Shown here: in pieces, positions 32,427-41,251 of the stretch
Position numbering within the stretch: position 1 is the first letter of the stretch
Layout of the letters: every line of letters starts with the position of its first letter
NCBI GenBank assembly: GCA_044237845.1
Contig: JBIIEL010000003.1
Coordinates: 32,925 to 96,924, forward strand
Length of the DNA: 64,000 bases
Source of the DNA: Rickettsiales bacterium
Lineage (GTDB): Bacteria > Pseudomonadota > Alphaproteobacteria > Rickettsiales > UBA3002
Direction of reading: 5' to 3'
The notes under the pieces: model-generated
Seen by the model: the letters and a program-made list of their open reading frames with translations, nothing else
The model's database searches: none
What the model was told of the DNA's origin: nothing
Program-made: the position numbers and the translations under genes

Positions 32427-33391
32427 GCTTTACTCTTCGCTAGCGGATGATGGTCGTTCACTACCTGCGTGAGGCGCTTGCCTGCGACATGGGTGTAGAT
32501 CTGCGTGGTGGCGATATCCGCATGGCCGAGCAATTCCTGAATCACCCGCAAATCGGCTCCGCCTTCGAGCAGATGTGTGGCGAAGGAATGGCGCAGCGTA
32601 TGCGGCGAGCAGCGCGCCGGGTCGATCCCCGCTTTCAGGCAAAGCGCTTCTAACATCTTGCCGAATTTCTGACGGCTGAGATGCGAGATGCCGCGATGGC
32701 CCTTATCCGGAAAAAGATAGGGCGACTCGGCATGCGCAGGAATGAAACTATCACGCAGGGCGAGGTAGTGCGTGAGCGCCGCGAGCGCCGTGGCGTGAAG
32801 TGGTACCAGCCTGTCTTTGTTACCCTTACCTGTAATAATAAAAAACGGCTGGAGCTTTTTCGGTTTCTTCGGCTCGCGGCTGAGATGATGCATGCGTAAG
32901 CTGACCAGTTCGCTCACCCGCATACCGGAGGCGTAAATAATTTCCATCAGCGTATGCAGGCGCACGCCCTCGGCGCTGCCATCCGCACGGGCGGTGGCGA
33001 TGAGGGCGCTGACTTCCTCACGCGTGAGGAGTTTTGGTAGGCTGCGCGCGCGCTTCGGTGCGCGTACGAGCAGCACCGGGTTTTCGGTGATCACGCGTTC
33101 GCTGATGAGAAACTTAAACCATTGGGTGAGGGCAGAGCGGCGGCGGGCGAGGGTGCTTGCCGCCATGCCGCTGGCCGTGAGCGTAGAAAGATAGTCATTG
33201 ATATGGGTGTGGGTAACGGATTCCATCGCCAGATGTTGGCGCGCGGCGAAGGCAAAAAAGTCGGAAAGGTCGCGGCGGTAGGAGTCTCGGGTGGAAAGCG
33301 ATGCGCCGCGCGTTGCGATCATCATCTCCAGAAACGAACCACGCCACCCCAACCATGAAGCCGGGGTGGCGTGTGTTTCGTCGTCAGCCAT
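32423..33391 (-). CDS. xerD: Site-specific tyrosine recombinase XerD (XerC/D family)
   Basis: 322 aa. LSTRDSYRRDLSDFF, ARRRSALTQWFKFL, HTLRHSFATHLLEGGADLRVIQELLGHADIATTQIYTHV. Full-length chromosome dimer-resolution type. It lies beside aroK-aroB. Confidence 0.8.
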   Translation of the reverse strand: MADDETHATPASWLGWRGSFLEMMIATRGASLSTRDSYRRDLSDFFAFAARQHLAMESVTHTHINDYLSTLTASGMAASTLARRRSALTQWFKFLISERVITENPVLLVRAPKRARSLPKLLTREEVSALIATARADGSAEGVRLHTLMEIIYASGMRVSELVSLRMHHLSREPKKPKKLQPFFIITGKGNKDRLVPLHATALAALTHYLALRDSFIPAHAESPYLFPDKGHRGISHLSRQKFGKMLEALCLKAGIDPARCSPHTLRHSFATHLLEGGADLRVIQELLGHADIATTQIYTHVAGKRLTQVVNDHHPLAKSKA

Positions 33392-33408
33392 GAAGGCTTA
33401 CAATAGGC

Positions 33409-33771
33409 TTAGTGGCCAGCAGCCGAAGCAGCCGGAGCAGCCGGAGCAGCTTCTACTGCTTTTGCAGCAGCGTCAGCCGCGGCACCTGCGGCGGTTGCCG
33501 CAGCATCTGCAGCGGTTGCAGCAGCGTCAGCAGCAGCGGCAGCCGGAGCAGCAGCTTCCGGAGCCGGAGCAGCAGCTTCTGGAGCCGGAACTGCTTCTGG
33601 AGCCGGGGTGGTTGCGGGAGCAGCAGCGTCAACTGCAGCTGGCATTTCTGTGGTTACAGCCTCTGGTGCGGGAGCTTCACTGGTCATGGTCACAGCGGCA
33701 ACGATTGCAGCTACAACCGCAACAGCAGCGATGATGATAACAGAGTTTTTATTTTTGCTAGGGGTAGTCAT
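33409..33771 (-). CDS. Membrane-anchored Ala/Pro/Glu-rich low-complexity protein
   Basis: MTTPSKNKNSVIIIAAVAVVAAIVAAV provides a TM helix, followed by APEA/AAA repeats. GAGG lies 5 nt upstream of ATG 33771. Plus-strand ORFs over the same repeats look spurious. Confidence 0.4.
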   Translation of the reverse strand: MTTPSKNKNSVIIIAAVAVVAAIVAAVTMTSEAPAPEAVTTEMPAAVDAAAPATTPAPEAVPAPEAAAPAPEAAAPAAAAADAAATAADAAATAAGAAADAAAKAVEAAPAAPAASAAGH

Positions 33772-33856
33772 AGCGCCTCGTAAGAAATGTGTTAAGGTTG
33801 AATTCTTCGGCAAAGCCAGTAGTGTTCTGCTCTCGAATGATTAAATAGTCAACTGC

Positions 33857-34438
33857 TTGATACAAAAAATGGACTCTGAACGAAAAAATGAACCTATAAA
33901 GCAGGGTGCTGCAAATGGCTGGCGCGCCCGTCCGCTGGTGTTGATAGGGCTTATGGGCTCCGGAAAATCGACCATCGGGCGGCGGTTAGCGCAGTCCATT
34001 GGCTGGCGATTCGTCGATGCGGATGAAGAAATCGAGATGGCAGCGGGCTGTTCGATTGCTGATATGTTCGCGATTTATGGCGAGCCGATGTTCCGCGACC
34101 TCGAAATGCGGGTGATGACGCGCCTACTCAATGACGGCCCGATGGTGATCGCCACCGGTGGCGGCGCGTGGATGCAGCCGCGTATTCGTGAGTTGATAAA
34201 GGCGCATGCGACCTCGCTATGGCTTCGCGCGGAGCTGGATGTGTTGCTCGACCGCGTGAGCCGTCGCGACCATCGCCCGCTGCTCAAAACCGGCGATAAA
34301 CAGGAGATAATGGAACGGCTGATGGCAGAGCGTTACCCGGTTTATGCTGAGGCTGATTTGACGGTGGATTCCAGCCACGGCCCGCATGACCGCGTGGTGG
34401 AACGCGCGATTACGACACTGAAGGAATATCGCGGATGA
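33857..34438 (+). CDS. aroK: Shikimate kinase
   Basis: LVLIGLMGSGKSTIGRRLA (P-loop) and FRDLE motifs. It overlaps aroB by 4 nt. Confidence 0.85.
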   Translation: MIQKMDSERKNEPIKQGAANGWRARPLVLIGLMGSGKSTIGRRLAQSIGWRFVDADEEIEMAAGCSIADMFAIYGEPMFRDLEMRVMTRLLNDGPMVIATGGGAWMQPRIRELIKAHATSLWLRAELDVLLDRVSRRDHRPLLKTGDKQEIMERLMAERYPVYAEADLTVDSSHGPHDRVVERAITTLKEYRG

Positions 34439-35544
34439 GTAAGCATAACGCAGTCACCGTCGCACTTGCGGAGCGCAGCTATGATATTCTCATCGGCCAT
34501 GGATTGCTGGCGGATGCGTGGGCGATGCTTGCGCCGGTGCTGGCCAGCAAGCGGGTGATCGTGGTGAGTGATAGCAATGTCGCGCCGCTTTATGCTCCGG
34601 CGCTTGAGGCATCGCTCGCGAAAGCAGGGGTGCGCTGTGACCTGCTGACGGTCGATGCGGGCGAAAGCGCGAAGGGATTTACGACGCTCGAAACCTTGCT
34701 GGAACAGATGCTGGCACTCGCGCCGGATCGTAAAACAACCGTTATTGCACTTGGCGGGGGTGTGGTGGGCGACCTCGCTGGCTTCGCTGCGAGCGTGCTA
34801 CTTCGCGGCGTGCCGTTTGTGCAGATTCCCACCACGCTGCTCGCGCAGGTGGATAGTTCCGTCGGCGGCAAAACGGCTATCAACAGTCGTGCGGGGAAAA
34901 ACCTCGTCGGCAGTTTTTATCAGCCGCAGCGTGTGCTGATCGACCTTGATACCCTCGCGACGCTGCCCGCGCGGGAGCTGCGCGCAGGCTATGCGGAGAT
35001 CATCAAATATGGCCTCATCATGAACGCGGAATTTTATCGCTGGTGCCTTGAACATGGCGCGGATTTGCTGGCAGGAGAACGGGAAGCCCTCGCCCATGCC
35101 GTGAGCGAGTGCTGTCGCATGAAAGCAGAAATCGTCGGTGCGGATGAGCGCGAAGCGGGCAGCCGGGCGCTGCTCAATTTTGGTCATACATTCGGCCATG
35201 CGCTCGAAGCAGAAACGGGCATGAGTGAGATATTGTTGCACGGCGAAGCGGTTGCCATCGGCATGGTGATGGCCTGTCGGATGTCGGCGCATCTTGGCCT
35301 GATTTCAGCGGATGTGGAGCGCGAACTCGCGGCGCATTTTACGGCTCTCGGCCTTCCCGTCACGCCGCGTGATGTGGCGTATGACTGGAACGCCGAACGC
35401 ATCGCCGCACATTTTGCGAGCGACAAAAAAACCGAAAACGGTGCGCTGACCTTTGTCCTACTCGATGCCGTCGGCGCGGCGCGCGCGGTAAAGGATGTTG
35501 ACGTCTCGTTGGCACTGAAAACAGTCACCCACTATACAACATAG
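34435..35544 (+). CDS. aroB: 3-dehydroquinate synthase
   Basis: 369 aa. GGGVVGDLAGFAA, VDSSVGGKTAIN, LNFGHTFGHALE. Confidence 0.9.
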   Translation: MSKHNAVTVALAERSYDILIGHGLLADAWAMLAPVLASKRVIVVSDSNVAPLYAPALEASLAKAGVRCDLLTVDAGESAKGFTTLETLLEQMLALAPDRKTTVIALGGGVVGDLAGFAASVLLRGVPFVQIPTTLLAQVDSSVGGKTAINSRAGKNLVGSFYQPQRVLIDLDTLATLPARELRAGYAEIIKYGLIMNAEFYRWCLEHGADLLAGEREALAHAVSECCRMKAEIVGADEREAGSRALLNFGHTFGHALEAETGMSEILLHGEAVAIGMVMACRMSAHLGLISADVERELAAHFTALGLPVTPRDVAYDWNAERIAAHFASDKKTENGALTFVLLDAVGAARAVKDVDVSLALKTVTHYTT

Positions 35545-35552
35545 GTTTAGGC

Positions 35553-36845
35553 ATGGAATTTTTCTCATTTGATATCCTCGTGATTCTGATTTGCGTGTGT
35601 TTCTCGGCATTTTTCTCCTGCTCGGAAACCGCGCTGACCGCGATGTCGCGAGCACGGATGCATGCGCTTTATCAGGGGGGACTGGCACGAGCAGGGCTGG
35701 TGCTGCGGTTGCGCGACAAGAAGGACGAGCTGATTGGCAGTATTCTGCTGGGGAATAATATTGTGAATATTGCGGCGGCCTCGGTGGGAACAGTGGTGGC
35801 TGTGCGCATGTTTGGTGATGAATGGGGTCCGGTGATAGCAACCGTGGTATTGACGCTGGTGATACTCATTTTTGGTGAGGTGCTACCGAAAACCGTTGCG
35901 ATTTACCATGCGGACCGGGCATCGTTATTGCTCTCGCCCCTGCTGCGCATTGTCGTTAAAGTGCTCATGCCGATCACATGGGTGGTGCAACAGGTGGTGC
36001 GTGCTATCCTCAGAGTTTTTGGGGTGCGATTGGATAATAGCAAAGATTTTGGTTCTGCACTCGAAGCCATCCGCGGCACCATCGAGCTGCATCATCACGA
36101 GGGCGAGGTGGAAAAAGACGACCGCGACATGCTCGGCAGCATTCTCGACCTCGATGCGCGCGACCTTTCGGAGGTAATGGTGCATCGTAGCAAGGTGGAG
36201 AGCATCGACTTCTCGCTCGAGCCGGACGTGATTATTTCGCAGGCGATTGCGATTAACCATAGCCGCATTCCGCTTTGGAAGGACAACCCGGAAAATATCA
36301 TCGGCGTGCTGCATTTCAAAGACCTGCTGCGGCTGGTGCGCGCGCAGAAAATCGGCATCACACGCGAGATGATCCGCCGCATCGCACAGAAACCATGGTT
36401 CGTGCCGGAAACCACCAGCCTCGCCGACCAGCTCTCCGCCTTCCGCGCCCGCCGCGCGCATTTCGCCTGCGTGGTGGATGAATATGGCGCATGGCTCGGC
36501 ATTGCGACGCTGGAGGATATTATCGAGGAAATCGTTGGCGAGATCGACGACGAGCACGACCCGCGTTCCATCGCCGAAATCATGCCTTATGGCGAGCATG
36601 CCTACCGCGTGGCGGGCACCGTCACCGTGCGCGACATCAACCGCCAGCTCGACTGGGATTTGCCCGATAGCAACGCCACCACGGTTGCCGGGCTGGTGCT
36701 GCACGAGGCGCGGGTGATTCCGGATAATGGTGCCACTTTCGAGTTCTTCGGCTACCGCTTCACCATCGCCGAAAAACGCAGCCAGCAAATCACCCAACTG
36801 CTCATCGAACGCCTCGCGGATAGTTTCGACGACGCGCAGGAGTAG
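35553..36845 (+). CDS. HlyC/CorC-family transporter (DUF21-CBS pair-CorC_HlyC)
   Basis: 430 aa. Four N-terminal TM helices, then CBS-pair sequence, then C-terminal ...GLVLHEARVIPDNGATFEFFGYRFTI. Confidence 0.8.
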   Translation: MEFFSFDILVILICVCFSAFFSCSETALTAMSRARMHALYQGGLARAGLVLRLRDKKDELIGSILLGNNIVNIAAASVGTVVAVRMFGDEWGPVIATVVLTLVILIFGEVLPKTVAIYHADRASLLLSPLLRIVVKVLMPITWVVQQVVRAILRVFGVRLDNSKDFGSALEAIRGTIELHHHEGEVEKDDRDMLGSILDLDARDLSEVMVHRSKVESIDFSLEPDVIISQAIAINHSRIPLWKDNPENIIGVLHFKDLLRLVRAQKIGITREMIRRIAQKPWFVPETTSLADQLSAFRARRAHFACVVDEYGAWLGIATLEDIIEEIVGEIDDEHDPRSIAEIMPYGEHAYRVAGTVTVRDINRQLDWDLPDSNATTVAGLVLHEARVIPDNGATFEFFGYRFTIAEKRSQQITQLLIERLADSFDDAQE

Positions 36846-36881
36846 GGGTAGGTTTTTGGTGTTGGTTTCCAGAGCCTGTCA

Positions 36882-36900
36882 CCCCGTCTTTACGACGGGG
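36882..36900 (+). terminator. Hairpin CCCCGTCtttacGACGGGG after corC (terminator or REP-like element)
   Basis: A 7-bp GC stem lies 37 nt after the stop, within gtcaCCCCGTC...GACGGGGcatcc. The downstream T-run is weak. Confidence 0.35.
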
Positions 36901-36987
36901 CATCCCGCTTATTTCTGCAATATTTGTTATAAATTATAGTGTTAGCGCCCATTCCTGCGCCCGCACATCCTCTCGCTAACCATGCAA

Positions 36988-37032
36988 TTGTCATGAAACT
37001 GTCACACACAAACGCGGTGGATTTGGTATTAT
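36988..37032 (+). promoter_or_regulatory. Direct-repeat box + -10 (instance C) upstream of 37097..39001
   Basis: aaTTGTCATGAAACTGTCACACA, then 20 nt, then TATTAT. This is the closest instance to the Pho-box consensus CTGTCATAAAACTGTCAC. Confidence 0.6.
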
Positions 37033-37096
37033 CTAAAGTAAGGCTGCCCAGCAAAATGGGTGAAATAGAGATAAATACAGTAAGGGAGTTAGGGTT

Positions 37097-39001
37097 ATGG
37101 CATACGGTGAAAAAGAAGGCGAATATTTCAATCAAGTTCGGCAACAGTTCGAGGCGTTTCAGGATGGCGATACGGATCAGATCCCCGCAAAACCAACGGG
37201 TGGCGATGCCTTAAAAATCTACGAGCGCGCACGGCTTCAGGCGGCGCTCTCAGCGGTAGGTGCTTTTTATAAAACTGACCAAAACAAACTCTATGCGAAA
37301 TATTTTGGTGCAATGTATGTGAATCAGAGATCGCGCGGTGTCAACGATAAGAATGAGTATGATCCAAATGTAAAACCACTCCTTGATGAGAATAAAGACG
37401 GGAAGCTGGAAGAGGGCGTGTTCAGCGGCGATGATTATGTCGTGCCCAAAGGCAAGGGCGATGAGTATGCCCATGCTTACGCCATCGCTAGCGCGGCCGC
37501 CAAGACCTATAAAGCGTTAGAGGGTGGCCGCCGTGCTACGGATGCCGAAATGAAGATTGATATCGATGGATGGAAGACTGGGCTGAGGAAAAAATATGGC
37601 AAAGCCTACGATACCGGGTTTGAAGTCAGCCAATGGGATTATAGTGGCTCTGTCATCGGCACCATCAACAAAGCGATGGGCGATAACTCTAAGCCGCTAA
37701 CCCTTCCTGCGGATTTCAAAGCGCCGGGTTTGGAGGATGCGCCGGGGCTGCCTAAAGCGCCTGTTACCCCGCCAGCGCCGAAGACCTCTGTGCCGAAAAC
37801 GGATGGTTCGTTGTCCTATATTCCTGGTCTTTCTGGCTCCGCGCCGCTTACGGTGCCTTATGCGCCGGGGAAGGGGCCGGCACCAGCCGCGCCCACTGCG
37901 CCTGCTCCGGCGCCGAAAGCATCAGCTGTGACGAAATTTACGAAGGATGAGAGCACCACTGAAGTTGCATTTGGTGAGTTGTTTGGCGAGCGTGCGGGCA
38001 CGAAGCGGGTGATTTTCGATTACGATAAAATTGGTCTTGCGAAACTGAAGTCGGACGCGGAGGATATCTACAATGCTACAAATAACGATCCAAGTTTGAA
38101 AACGGGCGATGATGTGCTCGCAGCGCTTTCCAAAAAATTAGATGCCGCAACGGGTAAAGATAAACATGCCGTGGAAGTGGCCTTGGCCGCGTATCAGCGT
38201 GCTCTTGACGTGATGAACGCGCAAGACGCAGGCAAAACCAGCCTGCCCGGGTTCGCGACGCTGGATGAGTATCTTGTCTATAGAAATGCTGCTGTGGCGA
38301 ACGCAAAAAAACTGGCTGGTGGTGCACCGGCACCGACGCAGCAGACACCTACGCCTGCGCCGACTGCACCCGCTGCCCCAGTACCGGACGCTGCTGCGGA
38401 CGCACCAGAGGCACCAGCCAAGGTGAATTATAAGAAGGCAGTGCTGCGGGAAACCAGTGCACCGCTTGGCGTAGAGGAAGCGCTCTATGACGATGATCTG
38501 GTAAATTTTGCCAAAGGCAAAGCGCCAGTTGCGGGGATGACCAATTACCTCTGGAAAGGCGCGCATTGGGTTGAGAATGCCGATCAATCCAAAGCCTATG
38601 GCGACATGATCCAGATTCTTCAGCGCAGCCTCGACCGTGTGAACGGTAAAACGGAAGGCAGCGACGATGGGGTATATGGCGCAGGAACGCGTAAAGCCGT
38701 GCGGGCGATTCAGGCACAGTATGGCTTGCGTCAGGATGGAATTGCGGGTCGTCAAACCATCACCGCGCTGCAGGTGGAAGAGCTGAAGATCGCGCTCGAT
38801 AACGCGGTAACTTCTGAAATCACCCATGAGATCAGGGACGTGTCAGCGCTTCTGGTCGAAGGCAAAAAGCTTCCGGCGAAAGTGCAGGCGGAGATTAAAG
38901 CGGCGGTGGAGAAAATCGAAGCCAATACATCGTTGGCGGCGGATACCACACTTGCTGCAATCGTCACCGACATCCGCACCAAGGCGGGTTTGACGAAGTA
39001 A
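37097..39001 (+). CDS. Large orphan protein with a C-proximal peptidoglycan-binding (PG_binding_1-like) domain (regulon member C)
   Basis: 634 aa with a GGGAG-type RBS. No signal peptide. Pro/Ala-rich linkers. GVYGAGTRKAVRAIQAQYGLRQDGIAGRQTITAL is a PG-binding repeat. The rest is unrecognised. Confidence 0.6.
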   Translation: MAYGEKEGEYFNQVRQQFEAFQDGDTDQIPAKPTGGDALKIYERARLQAALSAVGAFYKTDQNKLYAKYFGAMYVNQRSRGVNDKNEYDPNVKPLLDENKDGKLEEGVFSGDDYVVPKGKGDEYAHAYAIASAAAKTYKALEGGRRATDAEMKIDIDGWKTGLRKKYGKAYDTGFEVSQWDYSGSVIGTINKAMGDNSKPLTLPADFKAPGLEDAPGLPKAPVTPPAPKTSVPKTDGSLSYIPGLSGSAPLTVPYAPGKGPAPAAPTAPAPAPKASAVTKFTKDESTTEVAFGELFGERAGTKRVIFDYDKIGLAKLKSDAEDIYNATNNDPSLKTGDDVLAALSKKLDAATGKDKHAVEVALAAYQRALDVMNAQDAGKTSLPGFATLDEYLVYRNAAVANAKKLAGGAPAPTQQTPTPAPTAPAAPVPDAAADAPEAPAKVNYKKAVLRETSAPLGVEEALYDDDLVNFAKGKAPVAGMTNYLWKGAHWVENADQSKAYGDMIQILQRSLDRVNGKTEGSDDGVYGAGTRKAVRAIQAQYGLRQDGIAGRQTITALQVEELKIALDNAVTSEITHEIRDVSALLVEGKKLPAKVQAEIKAAVEKIEANTSLAADTTLAAIVTDIRTKAGLTK

Positions 39002-39016
39002 GATTCGGAGAAATTT

Positions 39017-39135
39017 TAGACTCCATCATTGCGAGGCTTTGAGCCGAAGCAATCCAGCGCGGCGCGCCTGCGCCGCAAAATTTTCTTAAAGAGGCTGGAT
39101 TGTCGCGTCGCTTCGCTCCTCGCAATGACAGAGTC
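39017..39135. repeat. Long imperfect palindromic element (REP/MITE-like)
   Basis: GACTCcatCATTGCGAGGctttgAGCCGAAGCAATCCAGC ... GCTGGATTGtCGCgtcGCTTCGCTCCTCGCAATGacaGAGTC. Track ORF 38964..39146 (...SLRGAKRRDNPA...) is just its translation. Confidence 0.7.
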
Positions 39136-39310
39136 CTGTTCTTCAATTCTCCAATTCGCCATCTCCCCTCTTTTGCTGCACTGCACCTAGTTTGCCATCT
39201 TGCGCTTCGTGATTTCGGCTGCTAGGGATTTGGGCTTCGCAGTCATCCGGCTGCCGTTTTGTAGCGGCAAGCGGGTGACAAAAAATAGAAAAACCAACCC
39301 GCGAGGTTCC

Positions 39311-40924
39311 ATGTTCAAGCATATCTTTAGCCGTAAATCGATTGCACAAATTCAAGGCGAAGCAGGCGCGCATCTGTTGAAGCGCACGCTCGGTCGCTGG
39401 AATCTGGTTTCGCTGGGTATTGGCTGTATCATCGGCGCGGGGATCTTCGTGATGACCGGCACCGCCGCTGCCAACCATGCGGGCCCGGCGATCATGCTCA
39501 GCTTCGTATTTACCGGTATCGCCTGTGCGTTTGTGGGCCTGTGTTATGCTGAACTCGCCTCGCTGCTGCCCGTCTCCGGCAGCGCCTATACCTATGCCTA
39601 TGCCACCCTCGGCGAAGTGTTCGCTTGGATTGTGGGCTGGCTGCTCTTGCTCGAATATGGCATCGCGGCGGCCACTGTGGCGGTCGGCTGGTCGGGCTAT
39701 GTGAACAGCTTCCTGCTTGGGTTCGGCGTCATGATTCCGCCTGAATTTACCGTAGCGCCAGGGCAAACCATTCCGGTGACGGAAGCGCTGCGCGGCCTGT
39801 ATGAAGCCAGCGGTTACACCGTAGTGTCGTCGCTGCAAGCGAGCGGCGCGATGGTCACCCATCTCGGCGATGCTTCCGGCGCGCTGATTAAAGGCGTGTT
39901 CAACCTCCCAGCCTGTATTGGTATTCTCGGCGTAGGGACGCTGCTGGTGATTGGCGTCAGCGAATCCGTCAAAATCAACAATATCATCGTGGCCATTAAA
40001 CTCGCGGTGGTGCTGCTGTTCGTGCTGCTCGGCGCGTTCTATGTGACCCCGGCGAACTGGCATCCGTTTATCCCTGAGGCAACGGGCCCGGGCGTCTATG
40101 GTTGGGGCGGTGTGTTCCGCGCAGCCAGCATCATCTTCTTTGCCTATGTGGGCTTCGAGGCGGTTTCAACCGCGGCGCAGGAAGCAAAAGACCCGCAGAA
40201 AGACATGCCGTTTGGTATTCTGATGTCGCTGTTCATCTGTACGCTGCTCTATATGGGCGTAGCGGCAGTGCTGACCGGCATCGTGCCTTACGCGCTGCTC
40301 AACGTGGCTGACCCGATGGCCGTGGCGGTGGATAAAATCGGCCTCAGCTGGTTCGCATTCCTCATTAAAGTGGGCGCAATTATGGGCCTCACCTCGGTGA
40401 TGCTGGTGCTGCTTTATGGCCAGACGCGGATTTTCTTCACCATGAGCAAAGACGGACTGCTGCCGGTCGCGCTTTCCAAGGTGCATCCGAAGTTTCAGAC
40501 GCCTTATATCAATACCCTCATCGTAATGGTGTTGGTGGCAATTGTGGCGGGCTTCACCCCGATCAGCCTGCTGGGTGATCTGGTGAGCCTCGGCACGCTG
40601 GTAGCGTTCATGATTGTGTGCTTCACCGTGCTCTATCTGCGCAAGAAAGAGCCGAACCTGCCGCGTCCGTTCAAGACGCCGGGGGCACCTGTGACGCCGA
40701 TTCTGGGCATGCTCACCTGCGGTTACCTCGCGTTCACCATCTTTGGCGGCTTCAATGAGGCTGGGCAAGTGGTGCTGACCAAAGGTGGAGAGGAAGTCAT
40801 CCACTATATCGGGCCTTATATGTTGGTAGGGGTTCTGATTTATGTCCTCTACGGCGCGCGTAACAGTGTGCTGAAGAAGGCATCGGTGGATCTCATCACC
40901 CAGCGGCGCGGCGAGGGCAACTAA
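39311..40924 (+). CDS. Amino acid permease (APC superfamily, cationic amino acid transporter-like)
   Basis: MFKHIFSRKSIAQIQ...LKRTLGRWNLVSLGIGCIIGAGIFVMTG and about 12-14 TM helices. The start is trimmed to ATG 39311. Confidence 0.85.
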   Translation: MFKHIFSRKSIAQIQGEAGAHLLKRTLGRWNLVSLGIGCIIGAGIFVMTGTAAANHAGPAIMLSFVFTGIACAFVGLCYAELASLLPVSGSAYTYAYATLGEVFAWIVGWLLLLEYGIAAATVAVGWSGYVNSFLLGFGVMIPPEFTVAPGQTIPVTEALRGLYEASGYTVVSSLQASGAMVTHLGDASGALIKGVFNLPACIGILGVGTLLVIGVSESVKINNIIVAIKLAVVLLFVLLGAFYVTPANWHPFIPEATGPGVYGWGGVFRAASIIFFAYVGFEAVSTAAQEAKDPQKDMPFGILMSLFICTLLYMGVAAVLTGIVPYALLNVADPMAVAVDKIGLSWFAFLIKVGAIMGLTSVMLVLLYGQTRIFFTMSKDGLLPVALSKVHPKFQTPYINTLIVMVLVAIVAGFTPISLLGDLVSLGTLVAFMIVCFTVLYLRKKEPNLPRPFKTPGAPVTPILGMLTCGYLAFTIFGGFNEAGQVVLTKGGEEVIHYIGPYMLVGVLIYVLYGARNSVLKKASVDLITQRRGEGN

Positions 40925-40988
40925 GCTTCCCTTTTCGCTTGTCAGTCGTGGGGAATCTCGATAAGTAGACGCCCCGCGCGTTGCGTGC

Positions 40989-41064
40989 GCCGCCTTAGCT
41001 CAGCTGGTAGAGCACCTCATTCGTAATGAGGGGGTCGTAGGTTCGAATCCTATAGGCGGCACCA
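40989..41064 (+). tRNA. tRNA-Thr (anticodon CGU)
   Basis: 76 nt folded by hand. Acceptor stem GCCGCCT/AGGCGGC, D-arm GCTC-AGCTGGTA-GAGC, anticodon arm CCTCA-TTCGTAA-TGAGG (CGT), T-arm GTAGG-TTCGAAT-CCTAT, encoded ACCA end. Confidence 0.9.
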
Positions 41065-41251
41065 TCCTACGCCCTGCGGGCTTCGGGTGGCTTACGCCGC
41101 CCGGACGCATCTTGGGCTTAAGGAGTGTCCCTCGAAGCTCTGAAGGAGCGAAGTGGGACTGGTTCACAAAACCGCACGGGGCGATATCCCCCACTTTATC
41201 TTGCCAAAATCTCCCGGACTGGCAGTATGTGCGGCGAAGGCGAGGCGCATT

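Noticed and set aside
32423-33391. Tyrosine recombinase as a phage or ICE integrase associated with the adjacent SLT gene.
   Set aside because: It is a full-length XerC/D-type sequence with canonical motifs and backbone composition, beside aroK-aroB. No att-like repeats or other mobile genes are present.
33291-33783. Plus-strand ORFs (147 and 123 aa) over the Ala/Pro-rich repeat region.
   Set aside because: Their Q/R/L- or S/R-rich low-complexity translations lack an RBS. The minus-strand frame has GAGG-ATG and a TM helix. Strand choice in such repeats remains uncertain.
36890-37214. Small ORFs 36890..37144 (-) and 36939..37214 (+) in the corC / 37097 spacer.
   Set aside because: They overlap box C, its -10 and the start of the 634-aa gene. 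They have no RBS and no coding-like composition.
38964-39146. 60-aa ORF containing SLRGAKRRDNPA and WIASAQSLAMM.
   Set aside because: It is the translation of the palindromic repeat element and is not a gene.
40989-41251. tRNA-Thr as an integration site for a genomic island.
   Set aside because: There is no integrase, no direct repeat of the tRNA 3' end downstream that I could see, and the next gene is an ordinary MscS channel with backbone composition.
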